Below are positions 19,257 through 29,442 of a stretch of 64,000 nucleotides of DNA, in pieces. The stretch's first letter is position 1, and every line of letters begins with the position of its first letter. The notes beneath the pieces are model-generated. The model saw only the letters and a program-made list of their open reading frames with translations. It had not been told where the DNA came from and made no database searches. The translations under genes were made by a program, and so were the position numbers. The stretch comes from Chitinophaga pinensis (GTDB lineage: Bacteria > Bacteroidota > Bacteroidia > UKL13-3): contig CAMBSD010000017.1 of NCBI GenBank assembly GCA_945870425.1, positions 8,884 through 72,883 of the forward strand. The letters are read 5' to 3'.

Positions 19257-19377
19257 CCCGCTGTTTTGTTAAATCGTTAGTTCGTTATTGGTTTACTAGT
19301 TATGTATAAATTGAGATATTTTTTTATTTGCAAGAAGCAAGTCAATCTTAATTTGATTGAAGATTCGCAATTCCCAT

Positions 19378-19938
19378 CTATTTATTAAACTCATTCATGG
19401 TATTGGCAAGTCCTCTAAGAGCAAAGCTTTCAATGGATTTAACCGATTTGTCAATCAATTCGGGTAAGAATTTTTGCTCTTCACTATTGAATTTCCCTAA
19501 TACATAATCTACCTGACGACCTTTGGGATAGTTGTTTCCAATCCCAAATCTTAGACGCGGATAGTTTTGGGTTTGCAGCAACTCGTTAATATTCTTCAGT
19601 CCATTATGTCCAGCATCACTGCCATTGCCACGAATACGAAGTTTTCCAAAATCAATAGCAAGATCATCAACCAAAACAAAAATACTATCCACTTTAATAT
19701 CAAGTTCATTCATCCAATAACGAACTGCTTTTCCACTTAAGTTCATATAAGTATTGGGCTTGATAATATGCAATTGGCGTCCCTTTATACTTATATGGGT
19801 ATAATCAGCATGGCGCTGTGTTTCAAAACTTGCATTATGATTTTTGGCCAACTCGTCAGCTATATCAAAACCAATATTGTGTCGGGTATGGGCATATTCA
19901 TCGCCAATGTTTCCAAGACCTACTATCAAATATTTCAT
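19378..19938 (-). CDS. pth: Aminoacyl-tRNA hydrolase
   Basis: LIVGLGN, TRHNIGF, KPNTYMNLSG, GHNGLK. Confidence 0.97.
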   Translation of the reverse strand: MKYLIVGLGNIGDEYAHTRHNIGFDIADELAKNHNASFETQRHADYTHISIKGRQLHIIKPNTYMNLSGKAVRYWMNELDIKVDSIFVLVDDLAIDFGKLRIRGNGSDAGHNGLKNINELLQTQNYPRLRFGIGNNYPKGRQVDYVLGKFNSEEQKFLPELIDKSVKSIESFALRGLANTMNEFNK

Positions 19939-19983
19939 ACTCTACAATTTTAAGACAAATGCTTGTGAAATTTTATACAAAAA

Positions 19984-20013
19984 AAAACCTTAAAGCAATT
20001 GCTTCAAGGTTTT
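19984..20013 (-). terminator. Rho-independent terminator after rplY
   Basis: AAAACCTTAAAGC-aatt-GCTTCAAGGTTTT stem with long U tail on the minus strand. Confidence 0.7.
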
Positions 20014-20033
20014 AAGTTTATAAATTAGATAAA

Positions 20034-20627
20034 TTATTTTTTACCTTTTGCATCTTTAGCTGCAGCTGTTGCTGCTTCTGCTGCTGCACGAGTAGTTTTA
20101 ACAGCTACAATTGGATTGTTAGGAGAATCCAACAATATCATGTTTTCAACTGTAATGTCAGCCACTTTTACTGATTTACCAATCTCTAGGGTTTCGATAT
20201 TGATATCGATACTATCTGGTAAGTTTTTAGGCAATGCTCTTACACGTAGTTTTTGTGATTTAACAATCAACTTACCACCTTGACGAACACCTATTGAATT
20301 ACCAACGAATTTTACAGGGATATCGATTTCAACATTTTGTGTTTCATCAATTTCGAAGAAATCAGCATGAGTGATGGTATCATTCACTGGGTGAAACTGC
20401 ATATCTTGAAGAATAGCTTTGTATATAGTTCCATCAATGTCTAGTTGCACTCTGTAAGTATTTGGAGTGTAAACTAACATTTTGAAATCTTCGCGGTATA
20501 TGCTAAAGTGAATATGGTTTTTAGCCCCATAAAGCACACAAGGTACTTTTCCTTCGTTACGCACAGTCTTAGTTAATGCTTTACCTAATCCTTCGCGCTT
20601 GTTGCCAAACATTGCTATTGTTTTCAT
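20034..20627 (-). CDS. rplY: 50S ribosomal protein L25/general stress protein Ctc
   Basis: VPCVLYG, QFHPV, HADF, GVRQGG; prs-rplY-pth synteny. Confidence 0.95.
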   Translation of the reverse strand: MKTIAMFGNKREGLGKALTKTVRNEGKVPCVLYGAKNHIHFSIYREDFKMLVYTPNTYRVQLDIDGTIYKAILQDMQFHPVNDTITHADFFEIDETQNVEIDIPVKFVGNSIGVRQGGKLIVKSQKLRVRALPKNLPDSIDINIETLEIGKSVKVADITVENMILLDSPNNPIVAVKTTRAAAEAATAAAKDAKGKK

Positions 20628-20639
20628 TTCTTCCTTTGT

Positions 20640-21593
20640 TTAATTGTTATCTTTAATTTCGAACAGTGAACTAATAGATCCATGTTCGGTTATGTTTACT
20701 ATAGCATCGGCAAATAACGTAGCCGTACTAAGTTGTTTTATTTTATTAGACTCTTTTCTTAAAGGCAAAGTATCACACACTACTAATTCAGTTAATACTG
20801 AATTTTCAATGGTTTCATAAGCCTTGCCCGAAAGAACTGGATGTGTACACATGGCTCTTACGCTTAACGCACCTTTTTCAAGTAAAAGAGCAGCAGCTTT
20901 AGCTAGAGTATTACCTGTGTCGATAATATCATCCACCATCACCACATGTCTACCTTTCACATCCCCTATCAAAGTCATCGAAGCGATTTCATTCGCTCTT
21001 CTTCTTTCTTTATCAACTACCACCATATCACAACTCAAAGCCTTGGCATACGTTCTTGCTCTTGCAGATGAACCCATATCAGGTGATGCTATGATAAGAT
21101 CAGCACCAATTTTTAAACTTTTAATGTAAGGGATAAAAATTACAGATGGATCTAAGTGATCGACTGGAATTTGAAAAAACCCTTGAATTTGAGGCGCGTG
21201 CAAATCCATGGTAATTACCCTACTTGCACCTACTGTAGTAAGCAAATCTGCCACCACCCTAGAACCAATTGAAACCCTCGGCTTGTCTTTTCTATCTTGG
21301 CGTGCCATTCCGTAATAAGGAATAACAGCTGTTATATAGTGTGCCGATGCTCTTTTGGCCGCATCAATCATTAAAAGTAATTCAACTAAATTGTCAGAAC
21401 TAGGAAAAGTAGACTGTATTAAAAAAATATCACAGCCCCTAACCGATTCGTTAAAATTTGGTTGAAATTCGCCATCACTAAACTTACTTATTGATAAATC
21501 ACCTAACGGCTTACCAAATGCTTCCGCTATTTTCTCAGACAAATATTTTGAATTTGTGCCAGAGAATAGCTTTACTTCGTTAGTTATTGACAT
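20640..21593 (-). CDS. prs: Ribose-phosphate pyrophosphokinase
   Basis: FSDGE, PYYGMARQDRK, MDLHAPQIQGFF, VDDIIDTGNT. Confidence 0.97.
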   Translation of the reverse strand: MSITNEVKLFSGTNSKYLSEKIAEAFGKPLGDLSISKFSDGEFQPNFNESVRGCDIFLIQSTFPSSDNLVELLLMIDAAKRASAHYITAVIPYYGMARQDRKDKPRVSIGSRVVADLLTTVGASRVITMDLHAPQIQGFFQIPVDHLDPSVIFIPYIKSLKIGADLIIASPDMGSSARARTYAKALSCDMVVVDKERRRANEIASMTLIGDVKGRHVVMVDDIIDTGNTLAKAAALLLEKGALSVRAMCTHPVLSGKAYETIENSVLTELVVCDTLPLRKESNKIKQLSTATLFADAIVNITEHGSISSLFEIKDNN

Positions 21594-21661
21594 TTGTTTT
21601 TCAATTACTTAAGATATAAAACGTTTAAAACAAACGTATTAACTCTTTCAAATTTATTTTG

Positions 21662-21734
21662 TTGTCCGACTAGGGCTCGAACCTAGACTCTACTGAACCA
21701 AAATCAGTCGTGTTGCCAGTTACACCATCAGACA
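21662..21734 (-). tRNA. tRNA-Gln (TTG)
   Basis: Minus strand TGTCTGATGGTGTAACTGGCAACACGACTGATTTTGGTTCAGTAGAGTCTAGGTTCGAGCCCTAGTCGGACAA: acceptor stem, anticodon TTG, GGTTCGA T-loop; CCA not encoded. Confidence 0.95.
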
Positions 21735-21891
21735 ATTTATAGGGCTGCAAAAATATAAATTTTTGATAATTTGTAAAGAGGTTTCGAAAAAAAAATTAAA
21801 AATAATTGTTCTCTTTACTATTCAACCCTTTATACTTATACAAGTTTGTGTGCATATAGTTTTCAGATAAGCCCGTTTTAATTGACAAATT

Positions 21892-23100
21892 TTGCTCAAG
21901 ATTATGCTCAGCGATTTATACTGTATAGCTTTGGTGGTGCCCAACACGGAAAATAGGTTATTTACCTATGCCCAATTTTATGCAGAAATGCTAATGAAAC
22001 TTGGCAAAAAAGTGGTGGTGCTATGCCCCGATTTTGACGAAATGGAATTCACACTAAGAAGAAATGTTCCAAAATTCGCCAACAATGTACTTTGTCGCCC
22101 CATTGACAGTGAGGAGTTTGAGGATAACAAACCCAGCATTATCAATACCATTGGAAGATGGAATTATGTGAGCAAGCAAATTCAGGTAGCCGAGAAAGGA
22201 ATTGGCGCCAAAGTGGAATTTGTTTTGTTCTGCCCTATCGACAATATGCTGCGCAATTCTGTAAATTTAAGTTTACTGAATTGGAATTTTAACTATAAAT
22301 GGAGCGGACTGTATTTAAATCCAGAACCCTACAAACTCAATCAACTGAAATTAAATGTGGATCCTAAATTTAGCGACCCTGATTATTTGTTCAGGTCAGA
22401 AAATTGTGTCGGGGTTTGCATCCTTGATAGGTTTATTTTGGATTCGGTTCGTAGCAGGGTTTATAAAAAAGTGGTGGTATTCCCAGAATTAAGCAACCTG
22501 AGTATATCAGACAATGGCATGCACTACCCCCAAGAAATTCATAAACAAGCGCTTGGAAGGGTCATTGTAGGTCTTTTAGGAGTAGAAAAAAACGAAGGTA
22601 TATTGGCACTCATCCGCTTGATAAAATTGGTGGAGGAAGAAAAGTACTTCTTTGTGTTTGCAGGCAAAATCGATATGAGTGAGTTTGACGATACACAGCG
22701 TGAGGAAATTGAAAGCTTTATCCAACTCAACCAAGACAATGCCTTGTTCATCATTAAAGAACTGTCTGAAGAGGAAATAAACACGCTTTACAAATCAATT
22801 GATATTAGCTATTTGTATTTCTATAACTATATCAGTTCAAACAATATGCTGACCAAGGCTGCCCACTTTAACAAACCTGTTTTGGCTAATAAAAACTATT
22901 GTGTGGGACAAACTGTAAAACAATTTAAGATTGGACTCAGTGTAAATGGCAAGATTGAAGAAAGTGTGCAAGCCTTAGAATTTATGAGCTTAGATAGAAT
23001 GAGCTTCCGCATCTTTGATAAAACCAATTTTGAAAGATATACCGAATTGCAAAACGAAGATTACCTAGAAATGGCTTTTGAGCAGATTACACAATTTTAA
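21892..23100 (+). CDS. Hypothetical protein, divergent GT-B glycosyltransferase-like
   Basis: C-terminal half resembles GT4 donor-binding domain (FVFAGK, EEINTLYKSIDI, SSNNMLTKAAHFNKPVLA, VGQTVKQFKIG). Confidence 0.55.
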   Translation: MLKIMLSDLYCIALVVPNTENRLFTYAQFYAEMLMKLGKKVVVLCPDFDEMEFTLRRNVPKFANNVLCRPIDSEEFEDNKPSIINTIGRWNYVSKQIQVAEKGIGAKVEFVLFCPIDNMLRNSVNLSLLNWNFNYKWSGLYLNPEPYKLNQLKLNVDPKFSDPDYLFRSENCVGVCILDRFILDSVRSRVYKKVVVFPELSNLSISDNGMHYPQEIHKQALGRVIVGLLGVEKNEGILALIRLIKLVEEEKYFFVFAGKIDMSEFDDTQREEIESFIQLNQDNALFIIKELSEEEINTLYKSIDISYLYFYNYISSNNMLTKAAHFNKPVLANKNYCVGQTVKQFKIGLSVNGKIEESVQALEFMSLDRMSFRIFDKTNFERYTELQNEDYLEMAFEQITQF

Positions 23101-23211
23101 AATCAGTGATTTTTTAAAAAAAAGAGCGAGCAACTGGTACACATTTGTTTGGTAACTCTGCGCTAAAAGTCGAGCATAGGCAAATTATTGTTTGGTTTAG
23201 TTTTTTGCAAT

Positions 23212-23270
23212 AAGGCAAATATATAAATCTTCTTTAATTCATAATCTTTGAAGACTTACATATTTGCCTT
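23212..23270. terminator. Long hairpin between convergent genes, probable terminator
   Basis: AAGGCAAATATATAAATCTTC...GAAGACTTACATATTTGCCTT imperfect inverted repeat. Confidence 0.55.
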
Positions 23271-23282
23271 TTGTTTTGAGTT

Positions 23283-26200
23283 TTAAGGTTTTATTGTTAA
23301 AACTCCTAATGAGCTATTACTATCCAATATTGGATAATCATTAAAATCAACTGATGCATCTCCATTCAAATCGGTTACAAAATATCCTAAGTCTCCAATG
23401 TTACTTGAAATATCTAATGCTGGATAATCATTAAAATCAACTGAACCATCTTGGTTTATATCTCCAGTATAAATCATAAAAATACCTGATCCGTTATCGA
23501 CCAAATTATTACCAAATGCTTTTGATGCACTAGTAGTAAAATTATATGAAACATTATTTGAACTAAAAGTAATTGGATTTGCACTCCACGTTTCAATTGA
23601 ATTGCGGTGTTTAACAACTACATAATAAGAGTTACCAATAATTGAACTAGGGAACTGAAAATTACCATTTCCTTCAATATTGATTACTGATTTACATGTA
23701 TAAATAGAGTTAAAAGGTGTTATTGACGAATGCAATTCTACAACTATGGTATCAGCAATATTTGATAATCCAGATACAGTTGCTGCTTTGGGAGAAGCAA
23801 TCATATTACCATTTCCAATGTTTAATCCTTGTAAAAATGCCGTTAAATTTAATGTTGTTCCTGAAGTTAAAAATGAGTTATAGGTATCTGGATTATACAT
23901 TGATAAAATTTGTCCACCTTCTACTTGCTCGCCACCAACGCCATAATGTGCTTGGTCTACCATTAAAAACATACCTGCTCCTAAGATTGATTGCATGTCT
24001 ATGATACCAGAAGCTTCTTCATCTTGTGTTAAGTAGTTTGCCGCGCCATTGATAAATCTGGTTGAATCATGGGTAGCGATTAATTTTAATTCATCCGTGG
24101 CAGTAGTGTACTGCCAAATTTTTCCTAAATGAACATTGTTTCCTACATCCTCTTGCAATAAGACATGACCATAATTATCAATAGTCATATTGTCCATCAT
24201 CTTTGGACCTTCAGTTCCATCTAAGACTGCGGTGATAGTTCCACCTGATTCTGGAGTATTGATATCCGAAAGGCGCAATCTCCATAAACGACTTGGTGCA
24301 GTGAATGAATTAGTAGTTACAAAATAGAAATCGTTCGGATTACTTGGATCCCAATGACCATCTTCTGGACGTAAGAAATTAGTTACTCCCAAAGCATTAC
24401 TTTTTGTATTTAAAGCTGCTCCTGAAGAATCTCTTACAATACCTAAATCAACCATAGTAAAGGCCGTATTGGCACCAGGAATTGAAGCACTAACTTCTGT
24501 TGTTAAACCTGTTACTGCAACTCCATATAAACGACCATTGCTTAAACCAGCTTTCTCAATTTCTGTTCCTGTATTGGTTTTGGTTCCAATGTAGAAATAA
24601 ACCTGACCTGGAGTTGCATCATCTGTACCCACAACGATTGTTTTGTTTTGAGCAACTGGTGAGGCAATTGAATTTTCCCATGAGAATTTACCTAAGTAAG
24701 GCAATTCATAAGTAGTTCCTGCATTTGCTCCTGTTACAATATGACCAAAAGCACGTCCTTCAGCGCCTGCTTCTTCACCATTCATAAAGATTCTTTCTTG
24801 TGTTCCTAATCCGCTTGTTGCATTATAGAATGCACTTACTGGTGGTAAATCAGAAGAGCAGAAACGGTTGAATGCTTTTTTGCTTGCAGTATCTGCAGGG
24901 TTATATAAAGTATAACCTGTTCCATTCCATAAATTAACTTTTTGAATCAAATCTGAACCACTAACTACGCTTAAATCAGATTTGTTGATTACCCATTTAG
25001 AAACAAATGCACCCTTAGCACCATGTGCTCTGTTTACTCCTAAGGTATTACCAAACTCATGACTTACTAAAAACGTAAAAGTACCGTTACCATTGTCGTA
25101 AGCACCTGTTCCATCTGGTGTTCCAGCCATCATGTAATTTCCTACTTTATCGCCTGCTGTTAATATCGCAGTAGTTGTTACTCCAGAAGCAACTGGCAAT
25201 AAATAAGGTGATTGTGAACTATTAGCACCAGCATTTGGAACAATAACAGCATCAAGTCTATTGCTTAATGATTGAATTCTTATATCACCTTTAATAGAAG
25301 TATCTCTTAAATTATATGGAGTACTTGTGTAGAAGTTACCCATGTATTCCGCGAAAGCATCTTGCTCTTTACCAGTTGTAGAAAAAGTTGCAATACCTGT
25401 AGATTTAATTGCGGTATCTAAATTAACTCTATTTGTAGCATTTGCAGGGAAAGGATAATTATCACCACCAGTAAATAAGAAGTCTAAAGTTACAAATTTG
25501 ATGATTCTACTAGTATCGCCAACCAAAGCACCATTTTTAACAATAGTATCTAATCTGTTTCCTAAAGAATCAACTAAAACCATTGAACGAATTCTGTTTC
25601 CAGCACTTAGGTTCACATTGTAACTGAACATAACACCACCAACTTGTGGGAATTGACCTGGAGTTGCACCAGCAGTAGTAGCAGAAATTCCATGTTCTAA
25701 AATTCTTTTTAATCCTGCAGCATTTGTTCTAGCAACAACTAATCCATTGTTGAATCTTAAAGAGTTTTCAATGTCTAATTGAGAGATATCACCTTTAGCT
25801 TTGCCAGCAGAAGGATTTGCAAGTGTATTTTCTAAGATTGTAGTGTTTCCAACTGCATTGATATTTCCAATTGCAGAGCGGATACCACCGCCATTTTTGA
25901 TAGAAACTTTTACTCCAGAATCTGCCAATTTAGCATACCATAAGTTAGCATCAGCAGTTAAGTTACCGAAATTTGTTTCTTCAGTTCTAACAAAATTTCT
26001 TCTTCCTTCTAAGAATACATTTGTTTTTCCAAATTTGTTACCGTCTTTATTATTTATAACTGTAGCAATTTGTGAAGTTAAAGTTCTAACATTTGCACCT
26101 TTACTTCCATTAGTAAAACCAGCAGTATAAGTACCATATAAAGTAGTAACCATAGCTGTATCAGCTGCATAAGCACCGTTGATAGTAGAATCTAAAAAGT

Positions 26201-28850
26201 TTGGTAATAATCTTCCTAAAGAATCGAAATCGCAAACAAAACGACCCACATATTTCCATTCAGCAGTTGTATTTAAAATAGCTAATGGCTCGTTGTCGTT
26301 GTTTACAGTTAAAATTGGATACGTATCAGCCACTGGAATGCCTGCTCTTAATCTGTCATTGCCATCAGCACATAATGAATGTGAACCACCAGCAATAATA
26401 ATATCAACACCTTTTAATAAGGGAGCCAAAGCTTTTTCGTTAGCCAATTGTTGTAAATGACTCATAACAATAATTTTGTTGATTCCCATTGTTCTTAAAG
26501 AATCAATAACTGGTTGTAATACTGCAGCTAAAGCAGGCATATCATTTACGTTAGCACCAATTACTGTAGTAGCACCTGGAGATGAAATAGAAGCTAATAC
26601 TTGCGTAGTAGCACCAACAATACCTACTCTTTCGCCATTCATTGCAATAATAGCTGAAGGTGCAATACCTTTCTTTTGGCTGTTTGCAGTAATGTTTACA
26701 GGAGTTTTAAAACTATCAACAAGCAAACGTTGGTTAGTAGTTAAGTAACTTAAATTAATATCGTTTGCAAAGTTTAAGTTAGCACTTAAATATGGAAATT
26801 GAGCACCAATCCAACGTTTATCAGCACCATTACTTCTAATATCAACACCTATGATACTATTTACCTCAGGAGTTCCTAAATCAAACTCGTGGTTACCAAA
26901 AGCCGAACCCTGGAAACCCATAATATTCATCATAGCAATATCTGTTCTACCAATGGCTGGTCTGATTGATTGTGTTCCTGCATAATAACTGCTAGCCGTA
27001 TTACGTAAAGGAGTTTGCATACTAGCATCTTCACCAGCGCTTAAAAACGGACTAGGAATATAACAATCACCAGAAGCTAACTTTACAGTATTAGGGTAAG
27101 TACCTTCTAAAGTATCTAATACAGCAGCAAAGTTTGGTGCATCTATGGGAGCATCAATTCCGCTTTCCATATCCGAAGCGTGTAATACTTGCATTTGGAA
27201 TGCACTACGAGAGTTTACTTGAAATACAGCAACTGTTCCACTTACTTCATTAGATAATAAAATCAAATCTTTTCCATTTGGACTTTCATTACGTGGTATG
27301 AATACAATTCCCTCTGGACCTAAGTCACCAACTGTAGCCAAATTAGCTTGACTTGGACTAACAGCAAAATTTCTTGTATTTATGTATTGCACAAAATATG
27401 GGCTATTTGGATTTGTGATATTGTAAATCATAATACCACCAATTCTTTCTAATGCTACAAAAGCATAAGTACTGTCTAATATTTTACCGATAGTTACTGA
27501 CTCTGGTTCAGGACCTTTGTTATCACTCCTATTATCTAATGCATTAGAAGAATGATTTGCATTAAAGTTTGAAGGATAAGCAGCTAAAGTTTTTCTTTCA
27601 AACTCATCTTTACTATCCCAAACTAATGAACCAGTTGAACCATTCCAAATAGAAAACGAACGACCACCAAATGCAAAAATGGTATCGAATAAACCGTCAG
27701 CATTATTATCACCAAATAATTTAGTAACAGTTAATCTTCCAATTCCTGTATTTGCTTTTAAGGCTGTTACCCTAGCTGCACCTCCAAAATTAGTTGGATC
27801 TAAATTATATGAACCAGAACCAACTGAAGTTTCTTCATTGTTAGCTGCACCCCAATCTGCTCTTGCATCACCTTCATTAGCGGTAACAAAATAAGTTTGG
27901 TTTCCAACTTTATAAGAAGAAATACCATCAGGTAAATACATTCCTAAAACTGGGAAAGTATCAATTTTGGCTAAAGCCGCATTTGAAGCACCATCTCTAT
28001 CAGAACCATCAAAAGCATTTTCCAATAAAGCATGATTTTTATAACCTAAAGGCAATAAAGATGTAATAGTAGCTGTATTTATATCTACAACAGCAACACA
28101 ATTGTTTTCTTGACAAGTTACCCATGCAGTATTGTTATCATCAGAGATACTTATGTATTCTGGTTCCAAATCTTCTGCAACAGTTGAGTTCCTTAAAAAT
28201 GATCCACCTGATTGAATTTTTCCGAAAATACGAATTTTTGAGTCAATTACAGTAGGAGCATTAAATGCAGTAAAACCAGCAGTTTGCACATTAGATTGAG
28301 TTAATCCAGCAAAACCACCTGAAACATCAATAATTGAAACCGAACCTTCTGGATCGATGGTGTAACCATTGTTTGGCTCACCTTCGTTAGCTACTAAAAC
28401 TTTGTTTCCATTTGGTGTGAAAACCACATTGTCGGCATTAGCACCCACTTTTACTTTACTAATAAAGTTTCCATTGATGTCTAAAAATACGATGCTACTT
28501 GCGTTTGTTTTACCATTCGAATCTAAAATGGCAGCAGCAATAATTCCTTTTTTGTTACAAGCTACCGAAGTAATGTCACTTCCATAAGGAGCCATTGAAA
28601 TAGAACTAATTTGAGCTGGGCTAGCAGGATTAGCCATGTTTACAATCCTCAAAGAATTGTCTGGACCGTTTGTAACAAACATTCTTTTTGAACTTGGGTC
28701 GTAAGCCGAAATTTCAGCTACTCCTCCATCTTGGTTGTAAGTTCCTATGGAGTACCTTCCAAGGAGTTGCGCATTGATTTGCGCTTTAATTTGTGAACCT
28801 ACAGATAATAAAAGCAGGGCACATAAAAATTTGTAAATTGTTTTTTTCAT
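23283..28850 (-). CDS. Secreted multidomain phosphatase: choice-of-anchor I beta-propeller + 5'-nucleotidase (metallophosphoesterase) + PhoX/DUF839-like domain + C-terminal dockerin-like module
   Basis: Signal peptide; AEISAYD, ANEGEP, DLEPEY, ANEGDAR, RSDNKGPEPE, DLGPEG; LHASDME, GNHEFD, MSHL, GGSH, RTEETNFG, NGGGIR, GQFPQV; PDGTG, RFCSSDL, GKFSWEN, RPEDG, DNMT, QEDVG; [25 protein letters not shown]. Confidence 0.85.
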   Translation of the reverse strand: MKKTIYKFLCALLLLSVGSQIKAQINAQLLGRYSIGTYNQDGGVAEISAYDPSSKRMFVTNGPDNSLRIVNMANPASPAQISSISMAPYGSDITSVACNKKGIIAAAILDSNGKTNASSIVFLDINGNFISKVKVGANADNVVFTPNGNKVLVANEGEPNNGYTIDPEGSVSIIDVSGGFAGLTQSNVQTAGFTAFNAPTVIDSKIRIFGKIQSGGSFLRNSTVAEDLEPEYISISDDNNTAWVTCQENNCVAVVDINTATITSLLPLGYKNHALLENAFDGSDRDGASNAALAKIDTFPVLGMYLPDGISSYKVGNQTYFVTANEGDARADWGAANNEETSVGSGSYNLDPTNFGGAARVTALKANTGIGRLTVTKLFGDNNADGLFDTIFAFGGRSFSIWNGSTGSLVWDSKDEFERKTLAAYPSNFNANHSSNALDNRSDNKGPEPESVTIGKILDSTYAFVALERIGGIMIYNITNPNSPYFVQYINTRNFAVSPSQANLATVGDLGPEGIVFIPRNESPNGKDLILLSNEVSGTVAVFQVNSRSAFQMQVLHASDMESGIDAPIDAPNFAAVLDTLEGTYPNTVKLASGDCYIPSPFLSAGEDASMQTPLRNTASSYYAGTQSIRPAIGRTDIAMMNIMGFQGSAFGNHEFDLGTPEVNSIIGVDIRSNGADKRWIGAQFPYLSANLNFANDINLSYLTTNQRLLVDSFKTPVNITANSQKKGIAPSAIIAMNGERVGIVGATTQVLASISSPGATTVIGANVNDMPALAAVLQPVIDSLRTMGINKIIVMSHLQQLANEKALAPLLKGVDIIIAGGSHSLCADGNDRLRAGIPVADTYPILTVNNDNEPLAILNTTAEWKYVGRFVCDFDSLGRLLPNFLDSTINGAYAADTAMVTTLYGTYTAGFTNGSKGANVRTLTSQIATVINNKDGNKFGKTNVFLEGRRNFVRTEETNFGNLTADANLWYAKLADSGVKVSIKNGGGIRSAIGNINAVGNTTILENTLANPSAGKAKGDISQLDIENSLRFNNGLVVARTNAAGLKRILEHGISATTAGATPGQFPQVGGVMFSYNVNLSAGNRIRSMVLVDSLGNRLDTIVKNGALVGDTSRIIKFVTLDFLFTGGDNYPFPANATNRVNLDTAIKSTGIATFSTTGKEQDAFAEYMGNFYTSTPYNLRDTSIKGDIRIQSLSNRLDAVIVPNAGANSSQSPYLLPVASGVTTTAILTAGDKVGNYMMAGTPDGTGAYDNGNGTFTFLVSHEFGNTLGVNRAHGAKGAFVSKWVINKSDLSVVSGSDLIQKVNLWNGTGYTLYNPADTASKKAFNRFCSSDLPPVSAFYNATSGLGTQERIFMNGEEAGAEGRAFGHIVTGANAGTTYELPYLGKFSWENSIASPVAQNKTIVVGTDDATPGQVYFYIGTKTNTGTEIEKAGLSNGRLYGVAVTGLTTEVSASIPGANTAFTMVDLGIVRDSSGAALNTKSNALGVTNFLRPEDGHWDPSNPNDFYFVTTNSFTAPSRLWRLRLSDINTPESGGTITAVLDGTEGPKMMDNMTIDNYGHVLLQEDVGNNVHLGKIWQYTTATDELKLIATHDSTRFINGAANYLTQDEEASGIIDMQSILGAGMFLMVDQAHYGVGGEQVEGGQILSMYNPDTYNSFLTSGTTLNLTAFLQGLNIGNGNMIASPKAATVSGLSNIADTIVVELHSSITPFNSIYTCKSVINIEGNGNFQFPSSIIGNSYYVVVKHRNSIETWSANPITFSSNNVSYNFTTSASKAFGNNLVDNGSGIFMIYTGDINQDGSVDFNDYPALDISSNIGDLGYFVTDLNGDASVDFNDYPILDSNSSLGVLTIKP

Positions 28851-29128
28851 TATTCTTAAGAAATTAGTGCGACAAAGAAACCTAAATCGTATTAACGAAT
28901 CGCACTCTTGAGATTAACAAATAATCACGAAATATTAAATTGGCGTTTAAGAAAATGTAAAGAATGTTAATTTAAGATTAATTAAACAAATCAAGAATGC
29001 CTCTCATAAAGTTTTTTGTGAATAAAATTAGAGAAACATAAAGTTAATAAAATAAGGCTTTAGCTTGTAACTATGCGTCCGCAAAATAAGAATGTTAACT
29101 TAATATCATATAGAATTTCAACAAAAAC

Positions 29129-29160
29129 AAAGCCCGTTTAACTTGCGTTAAACGGGCTTT
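29129..29160 (-). terminator. Rho-independent terminator
   Basis: Perfect stem AAAGCCCGTTTAAC-ttgc-GTTAAACGGGCTTT downstream of the small gene. Confidence 0.85.
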
Positions 29161-29191
29161 TGTCTTATGTTTTTGATTGATAATCTTTCGA

Positions 29192-29389
29192 TTATTTTTT
29201 GTTTCTCTCTTTTAGCTTTTTGATACCGTATCCGATACCTGCTACTGCTAAAATCGACAAGCCACCATCTACGGGTACATCGATTGGATCATCGCCAAAT
29301 CCTCCTCCGCCTCCACCTGGTTGTGCTTGTGCTGCTACAGCTAACATCAACATGATGGCTGCACTTAGTATGTTTCTTGCTGTTTTCAT
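29192..29389 (-). CDS. Small secreted protein with PID-CTERM-like sorting signal
   Basis: Signal peptide (AVAAQA/Q), PGGGGGGFGDD linker, PIDVPVDGG, TM helix LSILAVAGIGYG, basic tail IKKLKERNKK. Confidence 0.8.
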   Translation of the reverse strand: MKTARNILSAAIMLMLAVAAQAQPGGGGGGFGDDPIDVPVDGGLSILAVAGIGYGIKKLKERNKK

Positions 29390-29442
29390 ATTCGTTTTGT
29401 TTTTGTTATTTTTTGTTGTTGTTACTATTTTTTGTTTTTAGC

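Noticed and set aside
21662-21734. tRNA-Gln as integration site for the 23-44 kb accessory region
   Set aside because: The tRNA 3' end faces prs, no duplicated 3' fragment was noticed and there is no integrase.
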